Origin: a virus
DNA: 64,000 nucleotides
Reading direction: 5' to 3' (one strand)
Virus record (IMG/VR): IMGVR_UViG_3300020442_002364
Span: 19,428 to 83,427 of that record
Below, in pieces: positions 20,720 to 31,966 of the stretch. The notes under the pieces were generated by a model. The model did no database searches and was not told where the DNA came from. It worked only from the letters and a program-made list of their open reading frames with translations. The first letter of the stretch is position 1. Each line of letters starts with the position of its first letter. A program made the translations under genes and the position numbers.

Positions 20720-23700
20720 ATGATCTCAGACGGATCTCTGGGAGAAGTGAGATGTTTCCACTTGTAGTTCTAGCAAATGGATATTCTACGGAGAATTCTG
20801 TAGAACTAATGAACGTTACTTTATAACTTCCATCAAATCCAGTTCCACTTGTATGCTTGAGATAAATCTCCATTCCAGTGCTGAGGTTGTGAGCACCTGA
20901 GGTGGTAACTGTACATGCTGTACCAGAAGAACTGTAAGTTCCTGTAACAATAGTGTTAGCAAGACCAACTCCAGTAGAAGGACCAGTTCCATTGAAACCT
21001 CTACCGTTAGTTGCAACGGTAAATGTATTTGCAGATACATCTCTAGATCCGTAGAGAATTCTTTCTACAACCCAAGCAGAACCATTCCAGACTTTTATCA
21101 AAATTTCACCCTCGTCTGGGAATCCAATAGATTGAGAACTATTCCAATAAACGTTTTCTGCAGTAATAGTTGTTGCAGTAGCGTTTATTGATGCAGAAAG
21201 ATATGTATTTGCTAATGGAGTTGCATTAGAAATAATTCTATCTCTCTGAGCTCTTTCAATAGAAACTGGGTGACATGGAATTACGTTTGGTGTGGTTACG
21301 TAACCAGATCCAGAACGTAAGTTAATTACACCTGTTACCTCACCAGTGTTCGGAGAAATAGTAGTTTCTGCAAATGCACCTTGACCACCACCACCAGTAA
21401 ATACCAAGATTGGTGCTACCTCAAAGTTTCTTCCTGGATTGATAATGCTGATAGAAACAACTCTACCATTTGATACAAATGCACTAAACTCTGCTTCAGT
21501 TGGGCGCAGTCCAGTATATTCATATGTATCAATTGTAGTAGAACTACTAACCGATGCCAAAATACGATCTGATCCTTCACTTGCAATTTGAACAATATCG
21601 TCGGGATCTAAAGAGTTGTATGTATCTTCAATCAAGACATCATCAGAGGATCCCAAATATGCGTACATAACAATGTTAGAACCAGATCTAGGTGCCTCAG
21701 TAAACTCAAGTTGAGACCCATTGAGATTGTATGCGACTCCTGGTTCCTGATAAACTCCATTGATAAAGATCAACAGGTTACCAGAAGGATCGGTATTTGG
21801 ATCATCAGACTCAATAGAGAACGGACTTGTATTTTCTGTGATGATGAAAATAGTAGAAGAACTATCCGCAAAAGGAGAGATGTCATCTAAAAGATTCAAC
21901 TGTCCAAAGTAGAAGCAATAGAAGTCCATGTTGCCCAGTGGAGCTTCATTAAAGGTAATATTACTTCCAGTGTAAGTATAGGACTCATTCGTTCCCTTAA
22001 TTTGCAGAGTGCTATTCAAGAATAACAAGAAGTTGTCGGAAGCTGGTAATGAATAGTTAACTCCACTTACCTGTGCAGTAAACGTTGTATCTACACCGTC
22101 AAATGTGACATCATTAATCTCAACTTGGAATTCCTGAGTTGGAGTTCCTGCTAATGTTGCGGTGACAATACCATCATTACTATATCCAGATCCAGCAGCA
22201 TTGATACTAATAGAGACTACTGATCCACCAACAACAGAAATATTTGCTGTTGCTCCAGATCCAGTACCTCTCTTATTGATTAATGGTTCAGCAGTATAAA
22301 CTCCATCAGTATATCCAGCACCAGCAATCAAACCATCAGTGGTATTAAAGTCTTTGATGCCATCACCAAAAGTATCAAGCGTAAATGCATTGCTGTAACT
22401 TGCTCTATCAAAATACATAATCAAAATATCAGAACCCTCTAGAGGTGCTTCAGCAAAAGTAATTACGTCACCTGTAAAACTATATCCTGCAGGGTTTTGA
22501 ACAATGCCGTTGATCATCACCATCAACTGACTCTTAGCAGCAGTTTTATTTAAAAATGTGCTGATATCTGAGTTATCAACTCTGAGTTTAAATTTATTGT
22601 TAATACCATCAACAGTCAGTTGGAGTTGATGAGAAGAACCAGTTCCCAATGCAGTCAATCCAACAATAGATCCGCTTGGTGCGTCTAGAAGACGAATTGT
22701 ATTGGCATCAACAACATCTACGTAATATGCAGAGTCCGCAGAAAGTCCACCAATAGGAGTTCCAGTTCTGAGATTTGGATAATTACCTTGATCTACATTT
22801 GGAATTGTTGCTGGATTGTCAATCGCTTGAGTTAGGATTTGAGCTAAAGTAGTGATTGTGCTCTGTACATTTGCACAAGCATTAGGATCAACTGTGACTG
22901 TCAAATCTGTATTTGGTTGAATTGAAGTGTATGTTCCTGTAGGTAAACTATTATTGATTGCAAGTAAGGCAAGATCCCTTGCGTAATTATATGCAGCAAT
23001 AGTCTCTGCTTCCTCTCCACCGATATGAAGAATAGAATTTGTAGGAGTAGTTCTAGTAACACCAGTCAAATTGCCAGGACTACCAGTTGTTCCAACTGCT
23101 TGAGTGAGAATACCAAACAGAGTTGTCATTGCGGAGACAACATTCTGACAAGAGTTTATATATCCACCACCAGTAGTTCTAGTAGCGTGTGACATGCTAT
23201 CTGTAGTTACCGCAGTAGTTACGATTGCAAACAGAGTATCAATAGTAGACTTAATAGCAGCACAACCACCTGGATCTACAGTAATCGTATTGTCAATTGT
23301 TTGAGTTAGTCCATGAGAACCTTGAATAGTAATGGTCTCATTATTGATAGCTTGTCTACACATATCTCTTGCGAGATTCATGATTGCTACTGTCTCTGTT
23401 TCTTCTCCATCAACATGAGAGGTTCCAACATAGTAATTTGCAGCATCGTAGGTATAGTTGTTACCACCACTAGCAACATTCTTGGAAACTTCGTTGATAA
23501 CATCAATAACATCATCAACACAGTTCTGAGATCCTGTTGGTACAGTGAAAGATGGATTTGCAATTAAATATTGCTCAACTGCTTCATTAGCGATAAAAGT
23601 CTTATTGGATTGAAGTAAGTTGTAAGCATCACCATTTCTATCAGCAACATATCCAAGTGGATCGATTGAAATACTAGGATCAGTGTATTGAGTTCTAGAG

Positions 23701-26700
23701 GTGTGTGCTGCTGTAATTGGATAGTTTTGAATTACATCCTCACAGAGTTCCAACGCAATGTTGAATACCTGAACGGTTTGATTTTCTTCTCCAGCAACAT
23801 GAGCACCACTTACATAGAGATTAGCAGCGTCGTAGACCTCGCTATTGCCACCATAAGCAGTGTTATATGCAATAACCTCAACAATATCAATAACGTCGTC
23901 AATACAATTCTGACTTCCTCCTGGAACAGCAAACGAAGAGTTAGCTGGATCAGCAAGCATTCTTCCAACTGCTTCTTCTGCAATAAACTCTTTATTTGCT
24001 CTTAACAGGTTTCTGGCATCTCCATACCTATCAGCAACTAGTACAGTTGTACCAATGTAAGAGTTAGCAGCAGCAACCGTAAATGCGTTTCCACCGTAAC
24101 GTAAGTCATTTGCCCATGCAGCAATAACTAATCTAGTATCTCTAGCACAGACAGATCTATCGTAATCTGGAAGTTGACCATTAGTGAGAGATGGATAGGT
24201 TGCTTCCAACCAACCAATTGTCTCTTCTACAATGTAATCAATATTGGCAATAATAAGATCTCTAGCATCTAAGAATCTATCACCACCAGCATCATATACA
24301 ACTCTTTGATTTGCAACTAATCCATGATTGGTTAGAGTGATCTGATTAGATGTTGTGTTGACAATACTAGAAGATGTTGGATTAAATGCAACAGATCTTG
24401 AATTGACACTATCAACTTTAGATACTACACAAGTAAGGATTTTTTGGATATCTAAAAGTTGTCTTCCAAACAGAAGAACTTCTGTTGGTACCGCTGCAGT
24501 ATAATCTGGTTTACCAAGTGCAAAATTAGCGATAGTTGAAAGTTTTCCAGTATTTTCTGCAGATGGTTTTGGTGTTACTAATGTAATGCCATTAGTCGTT
24601 CTCAGAGTATTTGGTGGTTGACCAGGAATCCACCAGTTAAAGAGATCAGTGGTCAAATAATCTCTAGTTGGCATTGGTCTGAAGTCTTTAAATACAGACG
24701 TATCAATTAACTGTGAACCAAATACTTTAAATCCAGCTGGGTGTGCAGCAAATTTGACAGGACTCTTCCAGTCTTCGATATTGACAGAAGAAGAGATTTC
24801 ATAAGAAAATTCTTGGAATCTATTACTGTCATATAATCTTTGTTCATTAATATCGAGGAATCCTGTTGTTCTTTCCCACTTGTTTCCAGAGATACTAATA
24901 GGTGAAACCTCAAACGTAGCATCTGCTCTATCAAACGCATGGATTTGACCGAAAGCAGCAGTTTGATCACCAAATACAGGTTCACCTACCTTAAACTCAC
25001 CTTCAAAAATTTCAACACTAACAACTCTTCCTTTTGAGTCCCAATTCTTAACTAAACCTCTAGCAGTAAAGGAACTAGATGATGCACCCTGATAGATAAC
25101 CTCACCAATAGCGAAGTTTGCTGGTTTCATGAATGCCTTGATATTATCTCCAAGATCAGTTGTTTCAAGAACAAAGGTAGCGAGACCATTGTTACCTAAA
25201 ATTGGTTGTGAAGTAAAACTAATCGAAGTTCCAGCGTTAGCATTTGCAAGAGAAGTTGCTAATCTAATCTGATTATTTGCTAAACCATTTGCAATCGTGT
25301 CTTCAATAGCATAGTAAGTTACACCTGTAGCAAGAGGTTGTGGTAAGATACCAAAAACTTCCTTTAAAGTAACCGCAGTTCCAGTAGAAATCTTCGTATC
25401 GTATGGGAAGTTGATAGTGCTATTAGAAGTTAACGCAACAAAGTTATGAGATACTTTTGCTTTCACAACTGGAGCTGATAAGAATCCTCTTCCAGGGTTA
25501 ATAACCTCAACCTCTTGGATAACTTCGTTCTGGATAATTGGATTTAACTGGAAGGCAGAACCACTAGAGTTCTCAAGAACAATTTCAGGTTTAGAAACAA
25601 AAGAAGAACCTCCATTAATTACCTGCAGATAATTAATCTCTTGAGTTCTAATTAATTGTAAATTATATGTTGTGTTCAACTCTGGTTTCAGAGTTCTATC
25701 GTGACTGTAATTGTAAGTGATATTATCACCACCAATTTTAACAATCTCACCAAGATCAGAAGATTTAAGTAGGATAGATGCACCATCCCCAGTTTTCTGA
25801 ACAATATTGATAACTGGAGCAGTCTCAAACTGAGACCCACCATTCTCAATTGAGATATTAGTTACGCCCTGATTAGCAAGTTCGGCGTTAAGTATTACGT
25901 TGATTCCATTACCACCACTAACTTCAACATCAGGAGAAGAAAGATATCCAGATCCACTATTGGTAATAGTTACTGAGTCGATGGATGCATTGATCTTTGT
26001 AATAACTGTTGCTGGATTTGCATGATTGAGACCAGTAACCGTTACAGTAAAGTCATCAGCTCCATCAGCACCACCAGTAATCTGAGCACCCGAAATCGTA
26101 ATTATATCTCCTAGTACATATGTACCACCACCAGCGGTAACTGTAACACTTGATACATCTTGAGTAACAGCATCGATAATAACGGTGAACTCAACATTAG
26201 TTCCTCCAGTTGGGGCAACAGACTTCTGAGTTACTCCTGTATATGTGCCAGCAGTAAAGTTTGCAGATGTATTTTGAGATGTAATAGAAACAGAACTTAC
26301 AGATCCATAATAAGGATCGTCAAGAATGATAGATGGTGGTTGTCTATAATTAGATCCAACCCCAGTAATCGTCAAACTTTCTAAAGATCCCGCATTCGGT
26401 CCTGTAGTAGGAACAACTGAAGCTACTGTTGCTTGAGTTCCACTGATAGCACTAATAGATGCTGAAGATGCAGATGAATATACTTTATTAGTATTTGCAT
26501 TACCAGAGGTGTACATAATGTACCCTTTGTTTGCTGCTCCAGTAACAGTATTCTTAAGTGGTTCTACCCTAAGTGTAGATGTGTCAGGAGTCCAAGATAT
26601 AACTTTACCTCTAGCAGTTTGATTTCCAATTACTTGCTGTGAGGTTACAATTTCTCCAGGGAAGAAGTCGCCAAGTACAGATGTTAAAGTCAGATCAATA

Positions 26701-29700
26701 AAATCTGGCATCGTAACTACTGCTGTAGGTAAAGCGCTGCCATTGTATCCAGATCCTTTATTAGTAATTGATGTAGAAGAAAGTTCACCAGCGATAGTAG
26801 AGATTGCAGTTGCACCAAATCCAGATCTACTACTTCCAGTCAGAGCAGGTAAAGAAGAGTAGTTTCTACCTGGGTCTCCGATTGTAATCGCTCCAATACC
26901 ACCCTTAGCGTAAATCGAGTTAGTAATATAAGATACACCATTTCCAGTTCCAGAGTATCCAACCTCAGGTTCAATATTTACTTCGTATGAAATAGATTGA
27001 TCGGTTACAGCTGTAACAGTATTGGTTCCAATCACTGGGTCATTAATCACATTGAAATATGATCCAGATCCACTCGTAGTGCTATTGATATCAAAGTAGT
27101 AGAAAATACTAGCAAGATCTTTGACCTCAATAGTAATAGATTCTTGCTCTCCAGTAATTACATCATTTTCAACAGCAAAAATATTCTTGTAACTGAATAT
27201 ATCTGTGTTATCACCATCTTTAGTAAATGATAATCTCTTTCCAGTGTGAGACGAATGTGAGACATCAAACTTATATCTGTGACCATTGATAAATTGATAT
27301 TTTGCCTCTTTGACATATGTTAAGGCAGATGTAACATTTGCAGTTGCAACAGTTCCAAAGTTTCTCTTTACAGCAGCTCTTCTATTACTATCAACTCTGA
27401 CAACTGAGTAGTCAACTTTATCATAGGCAGATGGAGTGATTCCAGTAAGTCTGACCGTATCACCAACATTAAGATAATGTGCAGAACTGGAATGTATTAC
27501 TAATTCTTTCTCTACCTCTGTAAGTGTAATGGAAAATCCAGCACCCGCAGAAGGAGTTAGGTTATTACCTAAGTTTAGGTTAAGAGCAGAAATAGTATCA
27601 CCAATCTCATATCCAACTCCAGATTGAGTAATTGTTACTGAAGTAACTGCTCCACCGCTTACAACGATAGTTGCTTTACCATTTACACCATTACCATTAG
27701 TAGTTAACGGTACATCGGTGTAAGTTCCATTCAAATAATTAGATCCGCCAGTAATCGAGGACCATCCACCCTGATACAGATTTCCATCTGTTCTAACTCT
27801 TTGGAATGTCCACTCAACACCACCAACACCATCAATTACAGTTCCAGTAGTGTGAGATGGAATAGTTGCTCCAGAAGTTCCCGCTGCTTTTGCTCGGTAT
27901 ACATTTCTACCGTTAAGAACGAGATCACCTTGTTCATATGCAGTTGCAGTCACCCAAGTAGACATTAACTTGGCGCTTTGTAAATCAAAATACTTGAAGT
28001 AATAATCGTTATTATAAACCTGTACTGTAATGTCTTTTGAGAAAGTATTATCAGTTACGGATGGAGTGACTAGATCTCCCACCTTAACATAATGGTTTTC
28101 AGTGGTGTTGATTGTTACTGTAGATTTGTCGTCATTATCAACAGCAAAGGATAAAGTATTGATCGGAACTCCAGTTACAGAAGAGATAACTGCACTAAGA
28201 CCACTACCACCAGTATTTTCCTCATCAAAAGAAAGTCTATCATTTACCTTATATCCCTGACCAGCACCCTCAATTAAATATTGGTCTACTCCACTAGAGG
28301 AATACTTATTTGTAGAAGATACAAACAGAGAATCTGCTTGAGTTCCCTTTACTAATGGATAGTATGCAAAGTAACCAATACCATCCTCATCATACTGGAA
28401 GAACTCTCCAGTCTCAAGAGTAATAATAGTTGTAGTGTCTTCTAGTGCAAGGAAGAAGAATTCAATATCCTTAAGTTGCTTCCTCTTAACTGTCAGTGCA
28501 TCAACATTGATATATGGTCCTTTATAGCGAATGGCATCTTCAGTAAACGTTTTCTGTAAACCGTTTCCATTCCAGTTAATTTCATTAGCTTGACCATAAA
28601 ACTGTGGTCCAACAAAGTAAGGGAACTTAGGTCTACCAGTTACACCATCAATGCTGCAGAAGTATGCATACACGCCATTTGGATATTCTGGAGTAACGCA
28701 GAATCTACCGTTATATTGATCAAGATCACCAAGACCTTCAACATACTCATAATCTTCAATGTAAGTTCCAAGAGGATCTGTCAGACCTGCTACTAGAGAA
28801 CTTCTAGATGATTTAATTCTGTAACTAGATGAAAGTTGTTTATATTCGTTAAATGGATTTTTATTTTCAGAATCCTTAAAACCGTATGGTCCATAGATTG
28901 GATGTCCATCATACGCCCAACCAAGAATAGGAGAGTGTTTAGTTGGATTTAATTCTGCGTAACTATCACTAATATTGTCTTCAAGAGCAAAGCGAAGCGC
29001 AACAGGGTTGAACATGTGTCCATATTCACCACCATAGATCAGGAAGTTAGTTCCTTCAAAAGATCCTCCGTTTGCATAATCAAGAGTTTTTCTTGGGGTA
29101 TAACTATTTGGATTTACTCCTAATTCAGAGGCACTTGCAGCTTCGTTGTAAGTCAGTTCAGTTAATTTTGTTTGGAACTTTGCACCTTCACCAGGATATA
29201 CAATAAAGACCTCTGTATTACCTGAAGAGTATCCAATACCTTTATTTGTAACTACAATGTTGGTAACAATGTTAGTATTTTGATCTACTTGTGCAAATGC
29301 GGTAGCACCAACTCCATCACCGACAATAATAACGTCAGGTGGACCAAAATATCTCTCACCACCAAAAGTTACAATAATACTTTCAATTTTACCATTCAGA
29401 ATTGATGGATATGCAACAGCACCGTTACCAGACACCAATGAAACGTTAGGTGGATCAATATAAGCGGTTCCTGGATTTGTAAGTGAGATTGCACTAATAG
29501 GTCCTCTAACAACTGCCTCTCCAGTCGCTCCAGAACCGCCTCCACCAGTGATATTGATCGTTGGGATCGAAGTATACCCAGAACCAGAATTAGTGACGTT
29601 AATGGACGTTACAGCGCCGTTTGTGATGTTACATGTAGCGGATGCAGCATCAGTAGCAGATGTACCACCACCAATAATAGAAATAATTGGTTCAGTAGTA

Positions 29701-31958
29701 TATCCAGAACCACCATTAGTTACGTTGATAGAAATAACTCTACCATCGATAGTTGTTGTTGCGGCAGCAGGAGTTCCTTCGTATTGCCACTCAACTTGAC
29801 CTAAAGTTATGACTCCAGTCGTGTGTGTTGGATATACATCGGGAGAAGTCAATCCAGAGGTAAGTGCTCGGTATCTATTACCATTCCATTTTACTCTTGT
29901 TCCAATAGAGTATGTTGCATCGAGTTCATAGTCGCTTTCAAATTCAACGATAGGTGGGTTTGCTAAATCAAATCCATCTCCGCCAGAAACTGTCTCGATA
30001 CTAAGAATTCCACCAAATCTTTTCTTATCTTCAGACTTATATGTGAAAAATGGAACTCCGTTAACACCAATAGCAACTTGACCAACAGGAGTGTCTTGCT
30101 TTGTACTTTTTACCTGTGGATCCAGTGGAATACGTTTTAGATATCTTTGATTACCAGGATCTAAATCGGTATTTGCAAAAGGACCAATTTTGTAACTAGG
30201 AATACCACAGGAAGCTACAATAGCGTCATCACTACTCTTATATGTGTTTTGAACATCTGAGGTAAAGTCTTGAATGTCCTGTCTAATACTAGAGAAGTCA
30301 CTCTTACCAAAAGAAAACTCTCTAGTAGCAATAAAGTCAACAGTAACACCTTGATTTGGAGTTGATGGGATTGTAATGTTAAATGTCGTAGGAGATCCAA
30401 CACCATCAACAGAAAATTCAGAGTTATAAACGTCTTCTGGGCAATTTAAGATTTTTACAACATCTTCACGGATTAAACCATGCGGATCGGCAGTTGTAAC
30501 AGTTGCGGTTACACTTCCATTTGCATTTGGAGTAGAAAGTGTAATTGATTTTCCTGAAAATGCCTTTCTGACGTTATATACAAAAGAATCCCAAATAGGA
30601 TCAATACTATCAAAACCAGGAGACAGTGGTGTTGTGATTTTACTATCTGGTATGTAATATCTACCACCAGAGTTTAAATTAATACCTCTAGTGCCGCCAA
30701 ACAGAGAAAGTGAAATCTCTGAGTTGTCTACATTAGAAAATCCATATACTTTGAATGCAGAGATAACTGGTTGACCAGCAATATGCTCATTAATGACAGT
30801 ATTATCTCTTGCTCTTGTGCAACCAAGAAATTGGGTTACTGTTTTTTCTGTATACGAAATAATTTCGTCTTCAATACGAATTTTTCCGTTTGTTTCTGGC
30901 CAACCAAGTGTAGAGTCAACAGTAACAATAGTATCTGTTTGAACATTGTTACCAAGACCAAAAGCGAGGGTAGTTTTGTAAGGTGTTACAAATGTTCCTT
31001 CGGAATTATTAGTATCTACGTCAATTTCGTAAATAACACCTTCTTCAGTGAAAACTTCAACAACACTCTTTACATAAATTCTTGCAAAGTTGACTTCTGT
31101 GTCAGTTGGGTCATTTTCTTGCAATAAAACTTGCCCAACAAGCTCCATTGGATTGCCAGAGAGTTTCTGAGCTCTAATAACCTCTCTAGAAACGTAAAAT
31201 GCGTCAGATGGTTTGAAAATTCTGTCTCTTGGATACTTAACTTCCGACTCAACGCCGAAAATCGTTCTCATGATGAATTGGAAAGACCTTGTAGTGCCTT
31301 TAGAGGCATAAAAATCTTTAATTCTCTTTACAATAACGTTCTGATTGACAGTTTCGTAAAAATCCTTTGGATAGTTTGCAAGAAATTGCTCTTTAAACTT
31401 CTCAAGAATATAAAGAGGGAAAATATTGTTAAGATTGGTGACAGTTGCACCAGTGTTATGAGTTTCTGCTGCAGTTTCTTCAAATACGAAGTCTGCCGTA
31501 GAACCTACAGAAGTAACTCCAGAAAAACCTCTTACGCAGTTTTGGAAAGAAGTTGAAATTTTGCCATTGTAGTAGATAATCTCATTTCCAATCTTAATGA
31601 GACCCTCATTTGGAAAATCTCTAGTATTGGTAACGTCAATGCTAGTTGCAGATGCAGTAGCAGTAGAAATAAGATTAGTTTCAGTTACTAAATCAGCATA
31701 CTGGTCAATATTGTAATATTCATCCCAATTTTGGATGATGTCAAGAGAGTTACCCTTTAATTCTTGAGATCCATAGTATTTCTTAACAAAATCTACGAAC
31801 GTAGAATAATCTTCCCTGACAAATTGAGGGAATTGTGCGAATATTCTATCCGAGACTTTTGATTTGGATTCAGGACTAACAACCGAAGGAACTGGTGGTA
31901 CAGTTACCTGAGTTGTGGGTGTAGTCCACGAACTAACTTTCCAAGAAGATGTAGGCAT
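20715..31958 (-). CDS. gp7: Baseplate wedge initiator gp7-like protein (3747 aa), with split YHYH-type domain, CBM-like and helical repeats
   Basis: QFPQFVREDY, IKDFYASKGT, LYDSNRFQEFSYEI, AAHPAGFKVFG; position between gp6 and gp8. Confidence 0.88.
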   Translation of the reverse strand: MPTSSWKVSSWTTPTTQVTVPPVPSVVSPESKSKVSDRIFAQFPQFVREDYSTFVDFVKKYYGSQELKGNSLDIIQNWDEYYNIDQYADLVTETNLISTATASATSIDVTNTRDFPNEGLIKIGNEIIYYNGKISTSFQNCVRGFSGVTSVGSTADFVFEETAAETHNTGATVTNLNNIFPLYILEKFKEQFLANYPKDFYETVNQNVIVKRIKDFYASKGTTRSFQFIMRTIFGVESEVKYPRDRIFKPSDAFYVSREVIRAQKLSGNPMELVGQVLLQENDPTDTEVNFARIYVKSVVEVFTEEGVIYEIDVDTNNSEGTFVTPYKTTLAFGLGNNVQTDTIVTVDSTLGWPETNGKIRIEDEIISYTEKTVTQFLGCTRARDNTVINEHIAGQPVISAFKVYGFSNVDNSEISLSLFGGTRGINLNSGGRYYIPDSKITTPLSPGFDSIDPIWDSFVYNVRKAFSGKSITLSTPNANGSVTATVTTADPHGLIREDVVKILNCPEDVYNSEFSVDGVGSPTTFNITIPSTPNQGVTVDFIATREFSFGKSDFSSIRQDIQDFTSDVQNTYKSSDDAIVASCGIPSYKIGPFANTDLDPGNQRYLKRIPLDPQVKSTKQDTPVGQVAIGVNGVPFFTYKSEDKKRFGGILSIETVSGGDGFDLANPPIVEFESDYELDATYSIGTRVKWNGNRYRALTSGLTSPDVYPTHTTGVITLGQVEWQYEGTPAAATTTIDGRVISINVTNGGSGYTTEPIISIIGGGTSATDAASATCNITNGAVTSINVTNSGSGYTSIPTINITGGGGSGATGEAVVRGPISAISLTNPGTAYIDPPNVSLVSGNGAVAYPSILNGKIESIIVTFGGERYFGPPDVIIVGDGVGATAFAQVDQNTNIVTNIVVTNKGIGYSSGNTEVFIVYPGEGAKFQTKLTELTYNEAASASELGVNPNSYTPRKTLDYANGGSFEGTNFLIYGGEYGHMFNPVALRFALEDNISDSYAELNPTKHSPILGWAYDGHPIYGPYGFKDSENKNPFNEYKQLSSSYRIKSSRSSLVAGLTDPLGTYIEDYEYVEGLGDLDQYNGRFCVTPEYPNGVYAYFCSIDGVTGRPKFPYFVGPQFYGQANEINWNGNGLQKTFTEDAIRYKGPYINVDALTVKRKQLKDIEFFFLALEDTTTIITLETGEFFQYDEDGIGYFAYYPLVKGTQADSLFVSSTNKYSSSGVDQYLIEGAGQGYKVNDRLSFDEENTGGSGLSAVISSVTGVPINTLSFAVDNDDKSTVTINTTENHYVKVGDLVTPSVTDNTFSKDITVQVYNNDYYFKYFDLQSAKLMSTWVTATAYEQGDLVLNGRNVYRAKAAGTSGATIPSHTTGTVIDGVGGVEWTFQRVRTDGNLYQGGWSSITGGSNYLNGTYTDVPLTTNGNGVNGKATIVVSGGAVTSVTITQSGVGYEIGDTISALNLNLGNNLTPSAGAGFSITLTEVEKELVIHSSSAHYLNVGDTVRLTGITPSAYDKVDYSVVRVDSNRRAAVKRNFGTVATANVTSALTYVKEAKYQFINGHRYKFDVSHSSHTGKRLSFTKDGDNTDIFSYKNIFAVENDVITGEQESITIEVKDLASIFYYFDINSTTSGSGSYFNVINDPVIGTNTVTAVTDQSISYEVNIEPEVGYSGTGNGVSYITNSIYAKGGIGAITIGDPGRNYSSLPALTGSSRSGFGATAISTIAGELSSTSITNKGSGYNGSALPTAVVTMPDFIDLTLTSVLGDFFPGEIVTSQQVIGNQTARGKVISWTPDTSTLRVEPLKNTVTGAANKGYIMYTSGNANTNKVYSSASSASISAISGTQATVASVVPTTGPNAGSLESLTITGVGSNYRQPPSIILDDPYYGSVSSVSITSQNTSANFTAGTYTGVTQKSVAPTGGTNVEFTVIIDAVTQDVSSVTVTAGGGTYVLGDIITISGAQITGGADGADDFTVTVTGLNHANPATVITKINASIDSVTITNSGSGYLSSPDVEVSGGNGINVILNAELANQGVTNISIENGGSQFETAPVINIVQKTGDGASILLKSSDLGEIVKIGGDNITYNYSHDRTLKPELNTTYNLQLIRTQEINYLQVINGGSSFVSKPEIVLENSSGSAFQLNPIIQNEVIQEVEVINPGRGFLSAPVVKAKVSHNFVALTSNSTINFPYDTKISTGTAVTLKEVFGILPQPLATGVTYYAIEDTIANGLANNQIRLATSLANANAGTSISFTSQPILGNNGLATFVLETTDLGDNIKAFMKPANFAIGEVIYQGASSSSFTARGLVKNWDSKGRVVSVEIFEGEFKVGEPVFGDQTAAFGQIHAFDRADATFEVSPISISGNKWERTTGFLDINEQRLYDSNRFQEFSYEISSSVNIEDWKSPVKFAAHPAGFKVFGSQLIDTSVFKDFRPMPTRDYLTTDLFNWWIPGQPPNTLRTTNGITLVTPKPSAENTGKLSTIANFALGKPDYTAAVPTEVLLFGRQLLDIQKILTCVVSKVDSVNSRSVAFNPTSSSIVNTTSNQITLTNHGLVANQRVVYDAGGDRFLDARDLIIANIDYIVEETIGWLEATYPSLTNGQLPDYDRSVCARDTRLVIAAWANDLRYGGNAFTVAAANSYIGTTVLVADRYGDARNLLRANKEFIAEEAVGRMLADPANSSFAVPGGSQNCIDDVIDIVEVIAYNTAYGGNSEVYDAANLYVSGAHVAGEENQTVQVFNIALELCEDVIQNYPITAAHTSRTQYTDPSISIDPLGYVADRNGDAYNLLQSNKTFIANEAVEQYLIANPSFTVPTGSQNCVDDVIDVINEVSKNVASGGNNYTYDAANYYVGTSHVDGEETETVAIMNLARDMCRQAINNETITIQGSHGLTQTIDNTITVDPGGCAAIKSTIDTLFAIVTTAVTTDSMSHATRTTGGGYINSCQNVVSAMTTLFGILTQAVGTTGSPGNLTGVTRTTPTNSILHIGGEEAETIAAYNYARDLALLAINNSLPTGTYTSIQPNTDLTVTVDPNACANVQSTITTLAQILTQAIDNPATIPNVDQGNYPNLRTGTPIGGLSADSAYYVDVVDANTIRLLDAPSGSIVGLTALGTGSSHQLQLTVDGINNKFKLRVDNSDISTFLNKTAAKSQLMVMINGIVQNPAGYSFTGDVITFAEAPLEGSDILIMYFDRASYSNAFTLDTFGDGIKDFNTTDGLIAGAGYTDGVYTAEPLINKRGTGSGATANISVVGGSVVSISINAAGSGYSNDGIVTATLAGTPTQEFQVEINDVTFDGVDTTFTAQVSGVNYSLPASDNFLLFLNSTLQIKGTNESYTYTGSNITFNEAPLGNMDFYCFYFGQLNLLDDISPFADSSSTIFIITENTSPFSIESDDPNTDPSGNLLIFINGVYQEPGVAYNLNGSQLEFTEAPRSGSNIVMYAYLGSSDDVLIEDTYNSLDPDDIVQIASEGSDRILASVSSSTTIDTYEYTGLRPTEAEFSAFVSNGRVVSISIINPGRNFEVAPILVFTGGGGQGAFAETTISPNTGEVTGVINLRSGSGYVTTPNVIPCHPVSIERAQRDRIISNATPLANTYLSASINATATTITAENVYWNSSQSIGFPDEGEILIKVWNGSAWVVERILYGSRDVSANTFTVATNGRGFNGTGPSTGVGLANTIVTGTYSSSGTACTVTTSGAHNLSTGMEIYLKHTSGTGFDGSYKVTFISSTEFSVEYPFARTTSGNISLLPEIRLRSL

Positions 31959-31966
31959 TCTCGACT

